From Minisyncoccota bacterium (GTDB lineage: Bacteria > Patescibacteriota > Minisyncoccia > Phycocordibacterales > UBA6065), in NCBI GenBank assembly GCA_035545915.1, contig DASZXL010000022.1:1-48831 (forward strand): a stretch of 48,831 nt of DNA, written 5' to 3'. Below, one piece after another: positions 45,597 through 48,831 of the stretch. Position 1 is the stretch's first letter; each line of letters begins with the position of its first letter. Position numbers and translations under genes: made by a program. The notes beneath the pieces were generated by a model. That model ran no database searches and was not told where the DNA came from. It worked only from the letters and a program-made list of their open reading frames with translations.

Positions 45597-45626
45597 CGCC
45601 CCGCGCACGTACGTGCGCGGGGCTTT
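45597..45626. terminator. Rho-independent terminator (11-bp GC-rich stem)
   Basis: The stem gccccgcgcac-gtac-gtgcgcggggc is followed by tttt. Confidence 0.7.
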
Positions 45627-45648
45627 TGTATCGAGGCGAGAGATCGGT

Positions 45649-45759
45649 TTATCCGTAAATAGAGGGGATCGATATGAGGATCATGGAGATCACGATAAGG
45701 ACCACCAGGGTGCCCCAGGCTATATTGAGAGCCTTGCGGTGCTTCGGGTTGAGTAACAT
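45649..45759 (-). CDS. Candidate 36-aa single-TM micropeptide, below the ORF-track cutoff
   Basis: Minus-strand ATG at 45759. Translation: MLLNPKHRKALNIAWGTLVVLIVISMILISIPSIYG, stop TAA at 45651-45649. A TATACT -10 box lies 7 nt upstream of the ATG. The layout is a basic N-terminus followed by a ~20-residue hydrophobic helix. Confidence 0.35.
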   Translation of the reverse strand: MLLNPKHRKALNIAWGTLVVLIVISMILISIPSIYG

Positions 45760-45761
45760 GA

Positions 45762-45767
45762 TATAAA
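45762..45767 (+). promoter_or_regulatory. -10-like box TATAAA, 9 nt upstream of the ATG at 45777 (candidate leaderless)
   Basis: The sequence reads catgaTATAAAgtatacaccATG. Confidence 0.35.
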
Positions 45768-45772
45768 GTATA
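45767..45772 (-). promoter_or_regulatory. -10 box TATACT, 7 nt upstream of the minus-strand ATG at 45759
   Basis: The minus strand reads ggtgTATACTttatatcATG. It overlaps the plus-strand -10 by 1 nt. Confidence 0.35.
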
Positions 45773-45776
45773 CACC

Positions 45777-46154
45777 ATGAGGGAATTCCAGGAACGCCGG
45801 CGCATAAAGAAGCTTCTCCATTCGCGCTATGCCATCGCCGGTCTCGCTATCATCTGTCTATTTTTGTGCCGTGGCGTATGGAACGTATACGCTAAATACG
45901 AGAAGAGCCGCGATATATCGGTCCGTATGGACAGCGAACTCGCGTCTCTCCAGGCTCGCGAAGACAGCCTTAAGGGCCAGATCGACTCGCTCGATACTCC
46001 CGAGGGCCGCGAACGCGAGATCCGCGACCGGTTCGGCGTCGTGAAAGAGGGAGAAAAGGTCGTCGTTCTCGTAAATCAGGCCTCGGATACGGAGCAGGCG
46101 GCCGCTGTCGCCCAAACCGGCTTCTGGTCATGGCTTACGAGCCTTTTCAGATGA
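45777..46154 (+). CDS. ftsB: Septum formation initiator (FtsB/DivIC family)
   Basis: 125 aa. It has an N-terminal TM segment (YAIAGLAIICLFL), a coiled coil (LASLQAREDSLKGQIDSL) and the C-terminal motif REREIRDRFGVVKEGEKVVVL. Confidence 0.75.
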   Translation: MREFQERRRIKKLLHSRYAIAGLAIICLFLCRGVWNVYAKYEKSRDISVRMDSELASLQAREDSLKGQIDSLDTPEGREREIRDRFGVVKEGEKVVVLVNQASDTEQAAAVAQTGFWSWLTSLFR

Positions 46155-46157
46155 TGC

Positions 46158-46163
46158 TATAAT
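46158..46163 (+). promoter_or_regulatory. -10 box TATAAT, 8 nt upstream of the ATG at 46172 (candidate leaderless)
   Basis: The sequence reads gatgcTATAATcaaagcctATG. Confidence 0.4.
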
Positions 46164-46171
46164 CAAAGCCT

Positions 46172-46408
46172 ATGAAAAAAGTAGAGATATATTCGACCCC
46201 CGTCTGTACGTACTGCGCCGCCGCCAAGGATTTCTTCAAGAAGAACAACGTAGAATATACGGAATATAACGTAGCCGCCGATCAGGCCAAAAGGGCGGAG
46301 ATGCTCGAGAAGTCGGGCCAGATGGGCGTGCCGGTCATCGATGTAGGCGGCGACATCGTCGTAGGATATGACGAGAAGGTCCTGAGACAGCTCCTCGCGA
46401 TAGCATAA
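46172..46408 (+). CDS. Glutaredoxin-like protein (Grx/NrdH-type thioredoxin fold)
   Basis: 78 aa. Motifs: VEIYSTPVCTYCAAAKDFF (CxxC) and GVPVIDVGGDIVVGYD. Confidence 0.85.
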   Translation: MKKVEIYSTPVCTYCAAAKDFFKKNNVEYTEYNVAADQAKRAEMLEKSGQMGVPVIDVGGDIVVGYDEKVLRQLLAIA

Positions 46409-46426
46409 GAGGTCGGGAAAAGATTT

Positions 46427-46457
46427 AGCCGCGCGACCTTTGGTCGCGCGGCTTTTC
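46427..46457 (+). terminator. Rho-independent terminator
   Basis: The stem agccgcgcgacc/ggtcgcgcggct has a 3-nt loop and is followed by tttt. Confidence 0.7.
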
Positions 46458-46463
46458 CTATGC

Positions 46464-46469
46464 TATAGT
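46464..46469 (+). promoter_or_regulatory. -10-like box TATAGT, 8 nt upstream of tRNA-Arg position +1
   Basis: The sequence reads tgcTATAGTcctctcacGCCTTCG. The predicted TSS falls within 0-2 nt of the mature tRNA 5' end. Confidence 0.35.
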
Positions 46470-46477
46470 CCTCTCAC

Positions 46478-46549
46478 GCCTTCGTAGTTCAATGGATAGA
46501 ATAGCTCACTCCTAACGAGTAGATCCAGGTTCGATTCCTGGCGAGGGCA
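46478..46549 (+). tRNA. tRNA-Arg (anticodon CCU)
   Basis: Manual cloverleaf:
- Acceptor: GCCTTCG/CGAGGGC (one G-U pair).
- D arm: GTTC..GAAT.
- Anticodon stem: GCTCA/CGAGT, with an A31-C39 mismatch.
- Anticodon loop: CT-CCT-AA.
- T arm: CCAGG-TTCGATT-CCTGG.
- Discriminator: A.
CCA is not encoded. Confidence 0.85.
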
Positions 46550-46575
46550 CAGCGATTTTAAAGGCTTCTAAACCC

Positions 46576-46603
46576 TTGTTTTCAGGTCTTTTTTGAGTAT
46601 ACT
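46576..46603 (+). promoter_or_regulatory. Promoter TTGTTT-16-TATACT; the -10 lies 7 nt upstream of the ATG at 46611 (candidate leaderless)
   Basis: The -35 is at 46576-46581 and the -10 at 46598-46603, followed by agtccctATG. Confidence 0.5.
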
Positions 46604-46610
46604 AGTCCCT

Positions 46611-46859
46611 ATGACCCCCGAAGAACGAGATCTTCTCCAAAGAACCTACGAGCTCGCCGAAGAGAATTCCGATATCCTTCGAAAGATCAACCGGTCCCAG
46701 AGGGCGAGCACCATCGGCAAGTTCATATACTGGGGCGTCATCATCGCGCTTTCGTTCGGAGCATACTATTTCATACAGCCGTATGTAGATACGCTCAAAG
46801 GATCGATCGGCGATATCACCGGAAACAACGACGTCGTTTCCGGCTTCGGTCAGTTCTAA
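46611..46859 (+). CDS. Small membrane protein (82 aa), hypothetical
   Basis: The ATG at 46611 is preferred over the track TTG at 46593. There is one TM helix (FIYWGVIIALSFGAYYFI). It is flanked by two tRNA genes. Confidence 0.55.
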   Translation: MTPEERDLLQRTYELAEENSDILRKINRSQRASTIGKFIYWGVIIALSFGAYYFIQPYVDTLKGSIGDITGNNDVVSGFGQF

Positions 46860-46898
46860 TCGGATAGCCGTTTTGGTAGGTCGGACGAACGTTACTAT

Positions 46899-46974
46899 GC
46901 TTGGATAGCTCAGTTGGTAGAGCACTTCCCTGAAGAGGAAGGGGTCCCCAGTTCGAACCTGGGTCCAAGCACCA
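46899..46974 (+). tRNA. tRNA-Phe (anticodon GAA), CCA encoded
   Basis: Manual cloverleaf:
- Acceptor: GCTTGGA/TCCAAGC.
- D arm: GCTC-AGTTGGTA-GAGC.
- Anticodon arm: CTTCC-CTGAAGA-GGAAG.
- Variable loop: GGGTC.
- T arm: CCCAG-TTCGAAC-CTGGG.
- 3' end: A-CCA. Confidence 0.95.
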
Positions 46975-46992
46975 GATACTCGCCGCGAAGCG

Positions 46993-47029
46993 AAAAAACA
47001 GCTCAAGAAGATCTTGAGCTGTTTTTTTT
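46993..47029. terminator. Bidirectional rho-independent terminator (tRNA-Phe on plus, hsp20 on minus)
   Basis: The sequence is aaaaaa-cagctcaag-aagat-cttgagctg-tttttttt. Confidence 0.8.
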
Positions 47030-47032
47030 CAC

Positions 47033-47482
47033 CTACACCGACTTTACGCGGAGCTTGTTCTGTTTAGACTTGTCCACCTTCGGCAGTTTGATGGTGAGAA
47101 GGCCGTGACGCTCGATGGCCTCCGCCTCTTCGACTTCGATCTCCTCGGGAAGCATGATCGTTCGGGCGAACGAACCCCAGTAGAGCTCTTTATGGAAATA
47201 GTCATGATCGTGGATCTCCGCGCTCTCCTCGCGCTTGCCTTTGATGGCGACCATGTCGCGGGTGATATTGATGTCGAGATCCTCGGGACGGACGCCCGCC
47301 ACCATGGTCTTGAGCACGATCTCGTCGGGCGTCTGGTATACGTCGACGGTCAATTGGCCCTCTTCGTCTGATTCATCCAATATGCCGCGCGATTCGTCCA
47401 TCTCTTCCTCCACATCCGTCTCCTCTTCGAGCTTTACGGTGCCCGTGAGCCTCTCGAAGAACGATTTTTTTGATGGTTGCAT
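47033..47482 (-). CDS. Hsp20/alpha-crystallin family small heat-shock protein
   Basis: The ATG at 47482 (MQPSKKSFFERLTG) is preferred over the track TTG at 47533, which overlaps prsW. The alpha-crystallin domain reads LTVDVYQTPDEIVLKTMVAGV...GSFARTIMLPEEIEVEEAEAIERHGLLTIKLPK. Confidence 0.85.
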   Translation of the reverse strand: MQPSKKSFFERLTGTVKLEEETDVEEEMDESRGILDESDEEGQLTVDVYQTPDEIVLKTMVAGVRPEDLDINITRDMVAIKGKREESAEIHDHDYFHKELYWGSFARTIMLPEEIEVEEAEAIERHGLLTIKLPKVDKSKQNKLRVKSV

Positions 47483-47486
47483 ATAT

Positions 47487-48182
47487 TTATGTGCGGAGTC
47501 TTTTAACCTTTTCGAAGAGGAGGAGCACTCCAAGAGCGGCGGCCCAGACGCATCCGAAGACGAAGAATGTCTTGCTTCCGTTGTCGTATATTATAAACAT
47601 GTTGAAGACCGTGTGCAATGCGACGGCGAGTCCGAGACCGAGGACTCGCCATATGTTCTGAGCGATGCGGCCCTTATAGAATTCTCGCGCTATGGAATAG
47701 CCTAAAATAGCCGACGAAACGACGTGAAGGAGGCTCGCGCCGACGAATCGCATATTGCCCGCGATTGCTCCGCGGACGATGTCGCCGTCCATGAGAGGAT
47801 TCAGGATGAAGAGCGCATTCTCGAGGGCGGCAAAGCCGAGCGCGACCGTGATCATGTATTCTAGGGCGTCGATCGGCTCGTCGAAGTCGCGGGTGCGGAG
47901 TGCGAAGAGCCATGCCGCGCCGAGCTTCAGGCATTCTTCGATGACGGCCCAGACGAAGAGCGTCGACGTCGATAGGCCGTAATGGGCATAGACGGCTTTT
48001 TCGGGGAAATAGGCCAAGGGCACCATAGCCATGCCGCCCAAGAATGCGCCCAATATCCGCGTGCGCGGCTCGGGATGGAGCTTGTCTTCCTGTATCCAGA
48101 ACCAGAGCCAGAGGAGCGCGGGAACTATCCCGCCCAAGGCGGCATATGCGAAGCTCGGCAGATTGGTAGCTATATCGGCCAT
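47487..48182 (-). CDS. prsW: PrsW-family intramembrane metalloprotease
   Basis: 231 aa, polytopic. Motifs: VIEECLKLGA (EExxK), ALGFAALENALF (FAxxEN), LLHVVSSAILGY. Confidence 0.75.
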   Translation of the reverse strand: MADIATNLPSFAYAALGGIVPALLWLWFWIQEDKLHPEPRTRILGAFLGGMAMVPLAYFPEKAVYAHYGLSTSTLFVWAVIEECLKLGAAWLFALRTRDFDEPIDALEYMITVALGFAALENALFILNPLMDGDIVRGAIAGNMRFVGASLLHVVSSAILGYSIAREFYKGRIAQNIWRVLGLGLAVALHTVFNMFIIYDNGSKTFFVFGCVWAAALGVLLLFEKVKRLRT

Positions 48183-48831
48183 GTCTCTATTATAAGAGGT
48201 TTTTTATCCGTTATCGGCATATCGGACCAGATCTCCTCGGTAACGAAGGGCGCGAACGGGTGGAGGGCTTTCAGGCTATCGGCCAGAATGTGGAGGAGAA
48301 GCTGCTTCCTGGATTTCTTGTCGGTGTCAGAGCCTTTCGAGAATACCTCTTTCGATCGCTCCACTATGATATCCGCGAATTCGTGCCAGACATACGCATA
48401 GATCTTCTCGGCGACGAGATAGAATTTGAGCTCGTCCATCTCCTTTGAGGCCTCTTTGAGGATATCGCGGAATTCGCCCATGAGCTTCGCATCGTCCGCG
48501 CTCCATAGAGAGAAGTCTTTCTCGACGCTCTCTTTTTCTGTAGACGAAAGAACGAAGCGGGCGATATTCCAGAGCTTGTTCGCGAAATTCTTGTAGGCGC
48601 GGATCTTGTCCTCGGACATCTTGGTATCCGAGCCGGGGCCTATGCCGACGATGAGCGACATGCGTACGGCGTCGGTGCCGTATTTCGTCGCCATATCGAG
48701 AGGATCGATGATATTGCCGAGGGACTTCGACATCTTGCGTCCCTGAGCGTCCCGAACAAGGCCATGGAGGTACACGGTTTTGAATGGTATGTCTCCGACG
48801 AGATATGTCGACATGAGTATCATGCGCGCTA
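48170..48831 (-). CDS. valS: Valyl-tRNA synthetase, C-terminal part; 5' end lies beyond the right window edge
   Basis: Motifs: TVYLHGLVRDAQGRKMSKSLGNIIDP (KMSKS), YGTDAVRMSL, FANKLWNIARFV (anticodon-binding domain). The frame is open to the window edge. The protein ends right after the anticodon-binding domain, with no coiled-coil tail. Confidence 0.8.
   Translation of the reverse strand, partial: ARMILMSTYLVGDIPFKTVYLHGLVRDAQGRKMSKSLGNIIDPLDMATKYGTDAVRMSLIVGIGPGSDTKMSEDKIRAYKNFANKLWNIARFVLSSTEKESVEKDFSLWSADDAKLMGEFRDILKEASKEMDELKFYLVAEKIYAYVWHEFADIIVERSKEVFSKGSDTDKKSRKQLLLHILADSLKALHPFAPFVTEEIWSDMPITDKKPLIIETWPI

Noticed and set aside
46893-46898. TACTAT as a -10 box for tRNA-Phe.
   Set aside because: It ends 1 nt before the mature tRNA 5' end, so transcription would start inside the tRNA. 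tRNA-Phe is more likely co-transcribed with the upstream small ORF.

Overview
This is a 48.8 kb, moderately GC-rich and very gene-dense bacterial window. It uses the standard genetic code (TGA serves as a stop, e.g. 2341-2343). I found no rRNA, CRISPR array, transposase or integrase. All family calls come from motif recognition by eye; no searches were run. The gene content and style suggest a small-genome, possibly CPR/Patescibacteria-like organism, but that is inference only. The supporting traits are tight operons, WaaL-like/TPR membrane proteins, a very compact RNase P RNA and orphan genes wedged between housekeeping genes.

Left part (1-22630): a large cell-surface glycan locus.
- At least 8 glycosyltransferase domains (GT4-like, GT2, GT11-like, GT-C).
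- 5 clear SAM-methyltransferase domains.
- An AsnB-type amidotransferase and an SDR.
- An orphan ThDP E1 alpha/beta plus MDR dehydrogenase cassette.
- A Wzm/Wzt ABC exporter, with a Wzt C-terminal extension.
- A WaaL/Wzy_C-type membrane protein with TPR repeats.

Right part: housekeeping genes. In order these are murB, secA, dedA-like, gpmI, eno, a DUF360/holin-like protein, obg, gatB, DUF192, nrdA/nrdB, rnpB (minus strand, hidden under spurious ORFs), a second WaaL-like/TPR protein, murJ, lepA, ftsB-like, a glutaredoxin-like protein, tRNA-Arg(CCU), tRNA-Phe(GAA), hsp20, prsW and partial valS.

Most interesting observations:
1. The methylation-rich glycan locus carries an orphan E1 alpha/beta + dehydrogenase module, a candidate two-carbon sugar-branching unit.
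2. NrdB has the class Ic (R2c) signature: Glu at the first metal ligand and Phe at the radical-Tyr site. NrdA carries a roughly 180 aa low-complexity tail ending in CxxC.
3. About a dozen genes have a -10 box 6-11 nt upstream of the ATG and no Shine-Dalgarno (SD), pointing to leaderless mRNAs. The orphan genes instead have long leaders, two of them (and the 6230-6337 peptide ORF) with an SD.
4. The RNase P RNA is only about 275-285 nt.
5. Two short peptide ORFs fall below the ORF-track cutoff.

Several very long antisense ORFs in the track are judged to be shadow ORFs.
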